Source of the DNA: Alphaproteobacteria bacterium | Lineage (GTDB): Bacteria; Pseudomonadota; Alphaproteobacteria; Bin95 | Direction: 5' to 3' | NCBI GenBank assembly: GCA_963665325.3 | Contig: CAXXWS020000002.1 | Location: 512,001-576,000 of the forward strand | DNA: 64,000 nt | Shown here: in pieces, positions 44,836 through 55,198 of the stretch | Numbering within the stretch: position 1 is the first letter of the stretch | Layout: the number at the start of each line of letters is the position of its first letter | Notes under the pieces: model-generated | The model's input: only the letters and a program-made list of their open reading frames with translations | Databases searched by the model: none | Told to the model about the DNA's origin: nothing | Made by a program: the position numbers and the translations under genes

Positions 44836-46121
44836 TGCTGTGCCGGACCGGTTTCGGGCTGGCGCTGGCGGTGTGTCCGCTGCCGGCCCTGGCGGAGGCC
44901 GGAACCGTGAGTGCCGGCGATACGGCATGGATGATCGCCGCAAGCGCTCTTGTCCTGCTGATGACCCTGCCGGGCCTCGCCATGTTTTATGCAGGCCAGG
45001 TGCGCGCGCAGGCCGTGCTATCGGTCGTCATGCAGTGCCTGGCCGTCGCCTGCCTCTCGAGTGTGCTCTGGCTCGCGGGCGGCTACAGCCTTGCATTCGG
45101 AGACAGCCTGGGCGGGCTCGTCGGCAGCCTCGACAGGATTTTCTTCGCGGGCATCGGGCGGGATGCGGTCAGGGGCACGATTCCGGAGATTGTCTTCGCC
45201 GTTTTCCAGATGACCTTCGCGATCGTCGCACCCGCAATCATGATCGGCGCCTGGGTGGAGCGGATACGTTTCCCGGTCGTACTGATCGTAAGCGGGGCCT
45301 GGCTGCTGCTGGTCTATGCGCCGGTCTGCCACTGGGTGCGGGGCGGCGGCTGGCTGGCGGGACTCGGCGTCGCGGATTTCGCCGGTGGACTCGTCGTCCA
45401 CGTCAGTGCGGGCGTTTCGGCTCTCACGATTGCGAAACTCCTTGGCGCCCGGCAGGGCTTCCCCGGCAATATCCATCCGCCGCACAATCCCGGCATGACG
45501 GCTGTCGGCGCGGCGCTGCTCTGGGTCGGCTGGTTCGGTTTCAACGGCGGCAGCGCGTTGGCGGCCGACGCCACGGCCGGCATGGCGGTTGCGGCGACGC
45601 ATATTGCCGCGGCGACGGCCGCCATGACCTGGGCGGCGATCGAGTGGATCAGGTTCGGCAAGGCCTCGCTCGTCGGGGCGGTGACGGGCATGATTGCCGG
45701 CCTCGCCGCGGTGACGCCGGCGTCCGGCTTCATCGAGCCCGCAGGCGCGTTGGTGCTGGGCGCGGTTGCTGGAGCCGCCTGTTTCGCGGCGACGGAAGCA
45801 GTCAGGAAGTCATTGAAAATCGATGATTCTCTGGGTGTATTCGCCGTGCACGGAGTGGGCGGTGCGGCCGGCGCACTGCTGGTTGCCGTCCTGGTGACGG
45901 ATGCGCTCGGTGGTCCGGGCCTGGGTGAGGGAGCGACCGCCGGTGGCCGAATCGCCGTGCAGGCGGCGGGTGTGCTGGGGGTCGCCGCTTGGGCGGTCGT
46001 CGCGACCTTCGTCATCGTCAAGGCCGCCGAAGCGTTGGTCGGCGGCCTGACAGTGGACAAGGAAGATGAACTGGTGGGTCTTGACCTTGCCGCCCACGGC
46101 GAACGGGGCTACGACCTTTAG
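44832..46121 (+). CDS. amtB: Ammonium transporter
   Basis: FQMTFA, DFAGGLVVH, GWFGFNGGS, DDSLGVFAVHG, HGERGY. Confidence 0.93.
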   Translation: MMLCRTGFGLALAVCPLPALAEAGTVSAGDTAWMIAASALVLLMTLPGLAMFYAGQVRAQAVLSVVMQCLAVACLSSVLWLAGGYSLAFGDSLGGLVGSLDRIFFAGIGRDAVRGTIPEIVFAVFQMTFAIVAPAIMIGAWVERIRFPVVLIVSGAWLLLVYAPVCHWVRGGGWLAGLGVADFAGGLVVHVSAGVSALTIAKLLGARQGFPGNIHPPHNPGMTAVGAALLWVGWFGFNGGSALAADATAGMAVAATHIAAATAAMTWAAIEWIRFGKASLVGAVTGMIAGLAAVTPASGFIEPAGALVLGAVAGAACFAATEAVRKSLKIDDSLGVFAVHGVGGAAGALLVAVLVTDALGGPGLGEGATAGGRIAVQAAGVLGVAAWAVVATFVIVKAAEALVGGLTVDKEDELVGLDLAAHGERGYDL

Positions 46122-46252
46122 CCAAGGGTGAGTACAGTTACCGAAGGCTATGTCGGGCGGCGGGATCGTGCAAGAATAGGGCAAACAGCGCCTGAGATGG
46201 GCGAAACAGGTGCTTGGGCCGCGCTGGACGCCGCCGGACACGGACAGGAGGA

Positions 46253-46597
46253 ATGAGAATGGAAGTCAGGATGGAACGGCGCGAGGGCGCTCTGCTTGCG
46301 GTGCCGGAAGGCCGCATCGACAGTGCGACGGCCCGTGATTTCGAGAGCAAGATGAAAGCGGCGATCCAGGACGACGACCGTGCCGTCGTCGTGAACCTGT
46401 CCCAGCTTTCCTATATCAGCAGTGCCGGTCTTCGCGCGGTGCTCGTGATCGCCAAGGGTCTCTGGAGGCGGGATGCGAGCTTCGCGCTCTGCGCGCTTCC
46501 CGACACCGTCCGGGAGATCGTCCAGCTTTCCGGTTTCGACAAGATCATCCAGATTCACGGGTCCGAGGTCGAGGCGCTCGACGCGGTCGGGAACTGA
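46253..46597 (+). CDS. STAS-domain anti-sigma factor antagonist
   Basis: GRIDS, YISSAGLR, SGFDKII. Confidence 0.92.
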   Translation: MRMEVRMERREGALLAVPEGRIDSATARDFESKMKAAIQDDDRAVVVNLSQLSYISSAGLRAVLVIAKGLWRRDASFALCALPDTVREIVQLSGFDKIIQIHGSEVEALDAVGN

Positions 46598-46821
46598 CGG
46601 GCGGATCGCGGACCGATCCGGCGCCCGACGGATTCGGCGCAGCAATCCTTCCAACTGCCGCACCGCGGTAAACTTCTATTGAGAGGCGGCGCAGCGGGTT
46701 TCGCAACCGTTGCGCCGCAGTATTTGGAACAGGGTGCGAAGGCGGCCCGGCTGTCCGATACCGGGAGCGGGCGCTGCGGCTCCGGTCTATACTGCCCGCT
46801 CCGAAGCAACGGAAATGCGCG

Positions 46822-47691
46822 ATGACCGGCCTCTGCGCCTTCTTCCCGACCAGGGATTTCGGCTCCGATTTCGCTGCCATCCGGGACTGGGCCCAGGCAG
46901 CGGAGGATCTGGGCTACGACTGGATTACGGTTCCCGACCATGTGCTCGGTGCGGACCCGGCCACGCGCGACGGCTGGAAGCCGCCCTACACCCACCTGGA
47001 CCAGTTCCACGAGACCTTCGTCACGATGGGCTATCTGGCGGCCTGCACGACGCGAATCGGGCTGGCCTCTGGCGTGTTGATTCTGCCGCAACGCCAGACG
47101 GCGCTCGTCGCCAAGCAGGCGGCCGAGGTGGATATCCTGTCCGGCGGGCGCCTTAGGCTCGGCATCGGTACCGGTTGGAACTTCGTCGAATACGAGGCAC
47201 TGAACGAGGACTGGGAAACGCGCGGCGCCCGGCAGGCGGAGCAGGTGGCGCTGATGCGCCGGCTCTGGACGGAGGACCTGGTGACGACCGAGGGACGCTG
47301 GCACGGCTTTGCCGACGCCGGGCTCAATCCGTTGCCGCCCCAACGCCCGATCCCGGTCTGGTTCGGCGGCACGCATCCGGCCGTGCTGCGCCGCGCGGCA
47401 AAGATGGGCGACGGGTGGATTCCCATCGCCCGCCCGGACGACGCCGGCAAGCGGCTGGTCGAGACGCTTCACGGTCTGCTGGAGGCGGAGGGGCGCGATC
47501 CGGCTTCGTTCGGCATCGACGCCTGGCTGCGCGCTTCCTCGCCCGACGTGCAGAAATGGGCTGCTGCTGCCGAGGGCTGGCGGGCGCTCGGCGCAAGCCT
47601 GCTGACGCTCTACCCGCTCTACCGGGTGGAGTCGGTGGACGAACGCATCCAGGCGCTTGCGCGCTTCAAGGAGGCGGCCGGCGCTTGCTGA
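46822..47691 (+). CDS. LLM-class (F420-type) oxidoreductase
   Basis: PDHVLG, ILPQRQTALVAKQAAEVDILSGGRLRLGIGTGWN. Confidence 0.92.
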   Translation: MTGLCAFFPTRDFGSDFAAIRDWAQAAEDLGYDWITVPDHVLGADPATRDGWKPPYTHLDQFHETFVTMGYLAACTTRIGLASGVLILPQRQTALVAKQAAEVDILSGGRLRLGIGTGWNFVEYEALNEDWETRGARQAEQVALMRRLWTEDLVTTEGRWHGFADAGLNPLPPQRPIPVWFGGTHPAVLRRAAKMGDGWIPIARPDDAGKRLVETLHGLLEAEGRDPASFGIDAWLRASSPDVQKWAAAAEGWRALGASLLTLYPLYRVESVDERIQALARFKEAAGAC

Positions 47692-48812
47692 CGATCTCCG
47701 GCGGACAGGTCCTGTCGCCGGAAGGCGGCTTCGAGCGGGGCGATCTTGCCGTCGCCGACGGGCGCATTGCGGCCGCCGGCAGCGGCGGAGGCGAGGTTCT
47801 CGACGCCTCCGGGCTTCTGGTCCTGCCGGGAATCGTGGATATCCACGGCGACGCCTTCGAACGCCAGATCATGCCGCGCCCGGGCGTCCATTTCCCGCTG
47901 GACGTGGCGCTGCTGGACACCGACCGGCAGATGGCCGCCAACGGCATCACCACGGCTTACCACGCCGTCACATGGTCGTGGGAACCGGGACTGCGCGGGC
48001 GCGGCACGCTGGTGGCGCTGATGAATGCGCTGGAGGCGCTGGAAGGCCGCCTCGTCGTGGACACCCGCCTGCACCTGCGCATCGAGACCTACAATCTGGG
48101 CGCGGTGGACGAGCTTTGCGAGTGGATGGGAGCGGGGAAAGTCGATCTCCTCGCCTTCAACGACCATTTCGAGGAGATCTACGAGCAGTGCCGCGACGGC
48201 GAAAAGATCGGGAAATACGCAGAGCGCGCGGGGCTCGCGCACGACGCCTTTCTTGACCTTCTGGAGGAGGTGCGAAAGGGAGTGCCCGAGGTGCCGGCGG
48301 CCATGCGGCGGGTCGCAGCGGCGGCGGAAGCGGCGGGCGTCGTCCGGCTCGCCCATGACGAGGAGACGCTCGAAGACCGGAGCCTTTATCGCAGCCTGGG
48401 CGCGCTGATTTCCGAGTTTCCGGAGATTGTGCCGGTGGCGCGCGAGGCGGCTGCGGCAGGGGAGGACGTCGTGTTCGGGGCGCCGAATGTGCTGCGGGGC
48501 GGCAGCCACGCCGGCTGTCCCGGAGCGGCTGACATGGTCCGCGAGGGCTTCTGCACAGTGCTGGCCTCGGACTACTACTATCCCGCCCTGCTGCTGGCGC
48601 CGTTCCGGCTGGCGGAGCAGGGCATCCTCAAGCTGGAGGAGGCCTGGCCGCTGGTCTCCGCAAACCCGGCCCGCGCGGCGGGCTTGGCCGACCGGGGTGC
48701 GCTCGTCGAGGACGCACGGGCGGACATCTTGCTCGTCGATCCCTCCGGCCCCGTGCCCCGCCCCGCCGCCATGCTCGCCGGAGGCAGGCTGCTGCGCTTC
48801 GGGATCGGCTGA
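47685..48812 (+). CDS. phnM: Alpha-D-ribose 1-methylphosphonate 5-triphosphate diphosphatase
   Basis: LPGIVDIHGDAFE..PRPGV, GITTAYHA, FNDH, SEFP, GAPNVLRGGSH, LASDY. Confidence 0.88.
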   Translation: MLTISGGQVLSPEGGFERGDLAVADGRIAAAGSGGGEVLDASGLLVLPGIVDIHGDAFERQIMPRPGVHFPLDVALLDTDRQMAANGITTAYHAVTWSWEPGLRGRGTLVALMNALEALEGRLVVDTRLHLRIETYNLGAVDELCEWMGAGKVDLLAFNDHFEEIYEQCRDGEKIGKYAERAGLAHDAFLDLLEEVRKGVPEVPAAMRRVAAAAEAAGVVRLAHDEETLEDRSLYRSLGALISEFPEIVPVAREAAAAGEDVVFGAPNVLRGGSHAGCPGAADMVREGFCTVLASDYYYPALLLAPFRLAEQGILKLEEAWPLVSANPARAAGLADRGALVEDARADILLVDPSGPVPRPAAMLAGGRLLRFGIG

Positions 48813-48971
48813 CGATTCGGTTCAAGAAACGATCTGCCCCCGTCCTGCCGGCGGCGCCGGCAGCTTGAGCCCGGCCTCTCGGTATTCGGGGCCGGCATGG
48901 CTGGCGCAGGGGCTTGCGGCCGGTGGCCAAGGCTTGCTTGACTGACAGCTGACCCTTGCCGGAGACCTCGA

Positions 48972-50501
48972 ATGAATCTGGCCGCATTGATGATCCGTGC
49001 AGCCCGCGCCAGGCCGGACAGCCTTGCGCTGGCGCGCGGGCTCGAACCGCACTCCGACTACCGCACGCTTGCCGACCGCTCAGCCGCTATCGCCGGCTCC
49101 CTGCGCGCCGCCGGCCTGCAGCCCGGAGACCGTGTGGCGATCGCGATGAAGAACTGCCCGGAATTCATCGAACTGCTTTACGGCATCTGGCATGCGGGCC
49201 TCTGCGCCGTACCGGTCAATGCCCGGCTGCACCCGGCGGAGTTCGCCTACATCTTCGAGAACTCCGGCGCTCGGGTCGTGGCCGTCACGCCGGACCTAGC
49301 GGACGCGCTGGCCCCGGTCTGCGACGGCCTGCCCGAGGTGGAACGCATGCTCGTCGTCGGGGAGGCGGAGTTCCGGGCCCTCTACGACGGCGAGCGGATC
49401 GGCCTCGCCGATGTCGCGCCGACGGACAATGCGTGGCTGTTCTACACCAGCGGCACGACCGGCCGGCCAAAGGGTGCCGCGCTCTCGCACCGCAACCTGA
49501 TGCACTGCACGCTCGGCTATTTCTCCGACGTGGACGACATCTCCGAGGGCGATGCCGTGCTGCATCCCGCGCCGCTCAGCCATGCATCCGGCTGCTACAG
49601 CATCCCCTATGTCGTCCGCGCCAGCCCCCAGGTGGTGCCCCACGGGGGTTTCGACCCGGAAGAGATTTTCGAGCTGATCCGGCACTACAGGGGCAGCAGC
49701 TTCTTCGCGGCGCCGACCATGGTGAAGCGCCTGATCGACCACCCGGCGGCTGCGAGCGCGGACGTCGCCAACCTGCGCTCGATCATTTACGGCGGCGGGC
49801 CGATGTATGTGGCGGACGCCAAGCGCGCCTTCGAGCTCTGGGGACCGAAGCTCATCCAGATCTATGGGCAGGGCGAGTGCCCGATGACGATCACGAGCCT
49901 GCGCCGGGAAGAGATCGCGGATGTGGACCATCCCCGCTACGAGGAGCGGCTCGCCTCGACCGGGCGGGCTTTCTCCAACGTCGAGGTGCGGGTCGCCGAC
50001 GCGGACGAACGCGCCCTGCCGGCAGGCGAGATCGGCGAAATCCAGGTGCGCGGCGAGGTCGTGATGAACGGCTACTGGAACAATCCGGAAGCCACGGAAG
50101 CGGCGCTCAGGGGCGGCTGGCTGCATACGGGCGATGTCGGAATCATCGACGAAGAAGGCTATGTGACGCTCAAGGACCGCTCGAAGGACATGATCATCTC
50201 GGGCGGCACCAACATCTATCCGCGCGAGATCGAGGAGGTGCTGCTGACCCATTCCGGCGTGAGCGAGGTCGCGGTCATCGGCCGGCCCGACCCGGAATGG
50301 GGCGAAAGCGTCATCGCCTATGTCGTCGCCGCAGGGGATACGCCCGCGCAGGATTCGCTCGACCGGCACTGCCTGGACCATATGGCCCGCTTCAAGCGTC
50401 CCAAGGCCTACCGCTTCGTCGAGGCGTTGCCGAAAAACAACTACGGCAAGGTCGTGAAGACGGAAATCCGGGACCTGGAGGCTGCACAGCCGGCCCCCTG
50501 A
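48972..50501 (+). CDS. AMP-binding acyl-CoA synthetase
   Basis: YTSGTTGRPKG, YGQGE, WLHTGD, SGGTNIYPREIE, LPKNNYGK. Confidence 0.93.
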   Translation: MNLAALMIRAARARPDSLALARGLEPHSDYRTLADRSAAIAGSLRAAGLQPGDRVAIAMKNCPEFIELLYGIWHAGLCAVPVNARLHPAEFAYIFENSGARVVAVTPDLADALAPVCDGLPEVERMLVVGEAEFRALYDGERIGLADVAPTDNAWLFYTSGTTGRPKGAALSHRNLMHCTLGYFSDVDDISEGDAVLHPAPLSHASGCYSIPYVVRASPQVVPHGGFDPEEIFELIRHYRGSSFFAAPTMVKRLIDHPAAASADVANLRSIIYGGGPMYVADAKRAFELWGPKLIQIYGQGECPMTITSLRREEIADVDHPRYEERLASTGRAFSNVEVRVADADERALPAGEIGEIQVRGEVVMNGYWNNPEATEAALRGGWLHTGDVGIIDEEGYVTLKDRSKDMIISGGTNIYPREIEEVLLTHSGVSEVAVIGRPDPEWGESVIAYVVAAGDTPAQDSLDRHCLDHMARFKRPKAYRFVEALPKNNYGKVVKTEIRDLEAAQPAP

Positions 50502-50518
50502 TCCTGCTCCTGAAACGA

Positions 50519-50544
50519 CGAAGCCCCGCCGGGGCGGGGCTTCG
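50519..50544. terminator. Hairpin between convergent genes
   Basis: CGAAGCCCCGC-cggg-GCGGGGCTTCG; U-tracts are weak. Confidence 0.65.
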
Positions 50545-50568
50545 CGCTTGCCGGAGCCTGCTGTCGGG

Positions 50569-51990
50569 TCAGACGCTGTAATACATCTTGAACTCGACCG
50601 GATGCGGGGTGTGCTCGAGGGCGTAGACCTCGTTCCACTTGAGGTCGATATAGCCGTCGATCAGGTCGTCGGAGAACACGTCGCCCCGCGTCAGGAAGGA
50701 CCGGTCGGCGTCCAGGCTCTCGAGCGCCTCGCGCAGCGAACCGCACACGGTCGGCACGCCTTCCAGCTCTTCCGGCGGCAGGTCGTAGAGGTTCTTGTCC
50801 ATCGGCTCGCCCGGATGGATCTTGTTGATAACCCCGTCGATGCCGGCCATCAGCATGGCCGCGAAGGCGAGATAGGGGTTGGCGCCCGGATCGGGGAACC
50901 GCACCTCGACGCGCTTGCCGTTCGGGCTCGCAACATAGGGGATGCGGCAGGAGGCCGAGCGGTTGCGGCTCGAATAGGCCAGCAGCACCGGCGCTTCGAA
51001 GCCCGGAATCAGCCGCTTGTAGGAGTTGGTCAGCGGGTTGGAGAAGGCGTTGATGGCCTTCGCATGCCGGATGATGCCGCCGATATAGTGCAGCGCGAAC
51101 TCCGAGAGGTCCGCATAGCCGTGGCCGGCGAACAGCGGCTGGCCGTCCTTCCACACCGACTGGTGCACATGCATGCCGGAGCCGTTGTCGTCCATTACCG
51201 GCTTGGGCATGAAGGTCGCGGTCTTGCCATAGCTGTGCGCGACCATATGCGTCACGTATTTGTAGATCTGCAGGGAGTCGGCAGCCCCGACCAGAGTGCC
51301 GAACTTCAGGCCGAGCTCATGCTGGGAGGGCGCCACCTCATGGTGGTGCTTCTCCATGTCGAGGCCCATTTCGGCCATGGTGGACACCATCTCGGAGCGC
51401 ATGTCCTGGCCGCTGTCCACGGGTGCGACGGGGAAGTAGCCGCCCTTCACGTCCGGCCGGTGGCCGGGATTGCCCTCGTCGAACTTCGAGCCGGAGTTGT
51501 AGGGCCCCTCGTCGCTGTCCAGCATGTAGAAGGTCTTGTTCATCGAGACGTCGAAGCGCACGTCGTCGAACACGAAGAACTCGGCTTCCGGACCGAAATA
51601 GGCGGTATCGCCAATGCCGGCTTCCTGGATGTAGGCCTCGGCCTTCTTGGCGACCGAACGCGGGCAGCGCTCATAGGACATGCCCGTGGAAGGCTCGTGC
51701 ACGTCGCAGAACATCACCATCGTGTTCTCTGCCATGAACGGGTCCATGACCGCCGTGGTCGGGTCCGGCATCAGGATCATGTCGGACTCGTTGATGTCCT
51801 TCCAGCCCGCGATCGAGGATCCGTCGAAGAAGAAGCCGTCCACGAAGACGTCCTCGTCCATGGTCGTCATATACTGGGCGGTGTGCTGCCACTTGCCGCG
51901 CGGATCGGTGAAGCGCAGGTCCACATGGCGGACATCGTTATCCTGGATTGCCCTGAGCACGTCCTCGGGCGTCTTGCAGTTGAGCGACAT
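50569..51990 (-). CDS. glnA: Glutamine synthetase type I
   Basis: [36 protein letters not shown], adenylylation motif KNLYDLP. Confidence 0.98.
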   Translation of the reverse strand: MSLNCKTPEDVLRAIQDNDVRHVDLRFTDPRGKWQHTAQYMTTMDEDVFVDGFFFDGSSIAGWKDINESDMILMPDPTTAVMDPFMAENTMVMFCDVHEPSTGMSYERCPRSVAKKAEAYIQEAGIGDTAYFGPEAEFFVFDDVRFDVSMNKTFYMLDSDEGPYNSGSKFDEGNPGHRPDVKGGYFPVAPVDSGQDMRSEMVSTMAEMGLDMEKHHHEVAPSQHELGLKFGTLVGAADSLQIYKYVTHMVAHSYGKTATFMPKPVMDDNGSGMHVHQSVWKDGQPLFAGHGYADLSEFALHYIGGIIRHAKAINAFSNPLTNSYKRLIPGFEAPVLLAYSSRNRSASCRIPYVASPNGKRVEVRFPDPGANPYLAFAAMLMAGIDGVINKIHPGEPMDKNLYDLPPEELEGVPTVCGSLREALESLDADRSFLTRGDVFSDDLIDGYIDLKWNEVYALEHTPHPVEFKMYYSV

Positions 51991-52048
51991 GAGATAGAGG
52001 CTCCCTCTCTTTTCCGGACGGCGTTCCCGCCGAGTTCCCTGAATGGCG

Positions 52049-52474
<426 letters not shown>

Positions 52475-52568
52475 TCAACGGTTTTTCGACCATCGGGCAT
52501 CGGTATTTGCACATATTTGCGCCAAATGCCGATTATGTGGGCGAATGAAATGCCTGCCGAACGGGCGG

Positions 52569-53732
52569 TCAAAGCACGGTGCGGATACGCTCGACCGCGC
52601 GCTCGATGTCTTCCTCGCTCGCCGCGTAGGAAAAGCGGATGAAGCCCTCTCCATGCGCGCCGAAGCTGGTGCCGGCCACGGTCGCGACGCCGGCATCCTC
52701 CAGCATCCGGCTCTGCAACTCGCGGGCGCTCATGCCGGTGCCCTCGATATTGGGGAAGGTGTAGAACGCGCCGCCCGGGTCGACGCAGCGGAAGCCCGGC
52801 AGCTGGTTGAGAGCGCGCACGATGATGCGCCGCCGCGCATCGAACGCCCGGCGCATGGTTTCCACGGCGTCCTGCGGCCCGTTCAGCGCGGCGATGCCGG
52901 CATATTGCGTGGCCGCGTTGACGCAGGAATGGCAGTTGACCGCCAGCCGCTCGACCAGCGGGAAGAGCGCCTTCGGCCAGACGCTGTAGCCGAGCCGCCA
53001 GCCGGTCATCGCATAGGTCTTGCTCCACCCGTCCAGCAGGATGGTGCGCTCGCGCAGGCTCTCATAGCCGAGCAGCGAGACATGCTCATTGTCCTCGTAG
53101 AGCAGCCGGCTGTAGATCTCGTCCGACATCACCGCGACATGCGGATGAGCTTCCAGCCCGGCAACCAGCTTGTCCATTTCCGCCTTCGGCGCGACGCCGC
53201 CGGTCGGGTTCGCGGGGCTGTTCAGGATGAGCAGGCGGGTTGCAGGGCCGATCTGCGCCAGCACCTCGGCGGCCGAGAACGCGAAACCGTTCTCCTCGTG
53301 CAGCGCCATGGCGACGGGGGTAGCGCCGGTATAGGCGATCATCGACTCGTAGATCGGGAAACCGGGATTGGGATAGACGATCTCCGCCCCGGGCTCGCCG
53401 AACATCATGATCGCAAAGAACATGGTCGGCTTGCCGCCCGGCAGGATCATCACGAGGTCGGGATCGACCTCCACATTGCGGTAGCGCGCGATGTCCGCCG
53501 CCACCGCCTCGCGAAGCGCCGGGATGCCGTTTGCCGGGGTGTAGCCGTGATGCCCGTCGCGCAGCGCCTTCTCGGCCGCCTCAACGACATGAATAGGCGT
53601 CTTGAAGTCCGGCTGCCCGATGCCGAGATTGACGATGTCGCGGCCTTCCGCCTGCAGCTTCGCCGCCCGCGCCAGGACCTCGAAGGCGGTTTCGGTTCCC
53701 AGTCGGTTCAGGTTGTCGGCAAGGCGAAGCAT
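52569..53732 (-). CDS. PLP-dependent aminotransferase class I/II
   Basis: LGIGQPDF, NSPANPTG, SDEIY, WSKTYAMTGWRLG. Confidence 0.95.
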   Translation of the reverse strand: MLRLADNLNRLGTETAFEVLARAAKLQAEGRDIVNLGIGQPDFKTPIHVVEAAEKALRDGHHGYTPANGIPALREAVAADIARYRNVEVDPDLVMILPGGKPTMFFAIMMFGEPGAEIVYPNPGFPIYESMIAYTGATPVAMALHEENGFAFSAAEVLAQIGPATRLLILNSPANPTGGVAPKAEMDKLVAGLEAHPHVAVMSDEIYSRLLYEDNEHVSLLGYESLRERTILLDGWSKTYAMTGWRLGYSVWPKALFPLVERLAVNCHSCVNAATQYAGIAALNGPQDAVETMRRAFDARRRIIVRALNQLPGFRCVDPGGAFYTFPNIEGTGMSARELQSRMLEDAGVATVAGTSFGAHGEGFIRFSYAASEEDIERAVERIRTVL

Positions 53733-53939
53733 GGCGGCCGGGTATCTCCTCTTGGCGGAAGGCGCCGGACTATGTCCGAAAGCGGAATCCGCCGCAATGC
53801 CCCGGCCGCGGACTCCGCCGGTTGCGTTCCCGGGTGGGGTGCGGGCGCTCCCGCCGGAAAACCGCCCGCCGAAGGATGGCCGGCGGGGCATGGCGGGATG
53901 AGGGACGGCCGCGCCGGATGCGGGCCGGGGCTTCATGAA

Positions 53940-54305
53940 AATGGCCGAATATTCATTTTTTGTTTTGTTTAAGGCCTGATTACAGGAAAAATATGCTAAT
54001 ATATCTCCAGGGAAGAGGCATCCGGAGCCGCTTCCCGGACACAAGAAATACCCGCAAAACCGACGGGAGACGTGCGCCCTGCGACTCGCGCGCGCAATCA
54101 GGCGCGCGAATTGCGCCGGCGCTAACGGGCGCGCCCGCGTGCCATACGCGCGAAACAGGGCCCGCTGCTCCCGGCCGGACAAGGAGAGCCGATGACCGCA
54201 ATCGACCCCCGAACTGCCGCTGCAAGACAACCGCCCCGGAGACCGCCGCGCCGGCCGGGCCTCCATCGCAAAACATGACATACCATGACACTTCACGACA
54301 CATCG
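53940..54305 (-). repeat. Dispersed non-coding repeat, copy 2 (inverted)
   Basis: GCGCAATCAGGCGCGCGAA (54092-54110) is the reverse complement of the copy-1 core; CATGAC-rich end at about 54270-54301. Confidence 0.75.
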
Positions 54306-54406
54306 CGCGGGGTGCGGCCTCCGGCACGCCGGCGCAGCGGCGCCGGTCTTGACCTTCGGGGGGTGGAGGGCATAGATGGCGTCCTTCCTTGCGAGGCTTT
54401 CCGCGT

Positions 54407-54484
54407 GGTGCCCATAGCTCAGTTGGTTAGAGCGCCTGGTTGTGGTCCAGGAGGTCGCCGGTTCAAATCCGGTTGGGCACCCCA
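54407..54484 (+). tRNA. tRNA-His(GTG)
   Basis: Acceptor GTGCCCA/TGGGCAC, anticodon arm CCTGG-TTGTGGT-CCAGG, TTCAAAT loop, genomic G-1, C73 and CCA. Confidence 0.97.
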
Positions 54485-54514
54485 CGGCCCGCTGGCGCGG
54501 CGGAGCGGGCGCGG

Positions 54515-55198
54515 GTGAGCGGCAAACGGCCGTCCAGAACGCCGATCCGCGATGCGGCCACCCTCGTGATCCTGCGCCGGGAGACCGGCGAAGTGGTGAT
54601 GGGCGAGCGCTCGCAGGGCCATGTCTTCTACCCGGAGCACTATGTCTTTCCCGGCGGCAGGGTGGATGCCCAGGACGGCCATGCGCCGGCGGCGCGCGAG
54701 CTGCGCCCCGAGGTAGAGGAACGGCTGCGGAGTTCGGCGACCGCGCGGCGGGCGCGCGCGCTTGCGCTCGCAGCGGTGCGCGAGACTTTCGAGGAAGCCG
54801 GGCTGGTGGTCGGCGAGCCCGTCAACGGTGTGGCGCCCGACGGCCTTTCGGACGACTGGCGCCACTTTTACGATTCCGGCTATGCCCCGGCGCTCGACAA
54901 GCTCACCTATATCCACCGGGCCGTAACCCCTCCGGGCCGTCCGCGTCGTTTCAACGCACGCTTCTTCGTGATCGACGCCGAGCATGTGCGCGGCGATCTC
55001 AGCGAAGGGTCCGGCGAGCTGCTGAAGCTGCACTGGGTCGGACTCGCCGATGCGCAGCGGCTCAGGCTCCGGCCGATCACGGCGCTCGTGCTCAAGGAAA
55101 TCGAGGCCCGCCTGGCCGAAGACCGGCTGCACGACATGACCCGGCCCGTGCCGGTCGTGAAGACGCTACACGGCAAGCGCGTCATGGAATGGGACTGA
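54515..55198 (+). CDS. NUDIX hydrolase
   Basis: RDAATL, YVFPGGRVD, AVRETFEEAGL, TPPGRPRRFNARFF. Confidence 0.9.
   Translation: MSGKRPSRTPIRDAATLVILRRETGEVVMGERSQGHVFYPEHYVFPGGRVDAQDGHAPAARELRPEVEERLRSSATARRARALALAAVRETFEEAGLVVGEPVNGVAPDGLSDDWRHFYDSGYAPALDKLTYIHRAVTPPGRPRRFNARFFVIDAEHVRGDLSEGSGELLKLHWVGLADAQRLRLRPITALVLKEIEARLAEDRLHDMTRPVPVVKTLHGKRVMEWD

Noticed and set aside
38952-44943. 997-aa and 1115-aa minus-strand ORFs
   Set aside because: Antisense shadows of the M48 peptidase, ybdK-like and glnE genes.
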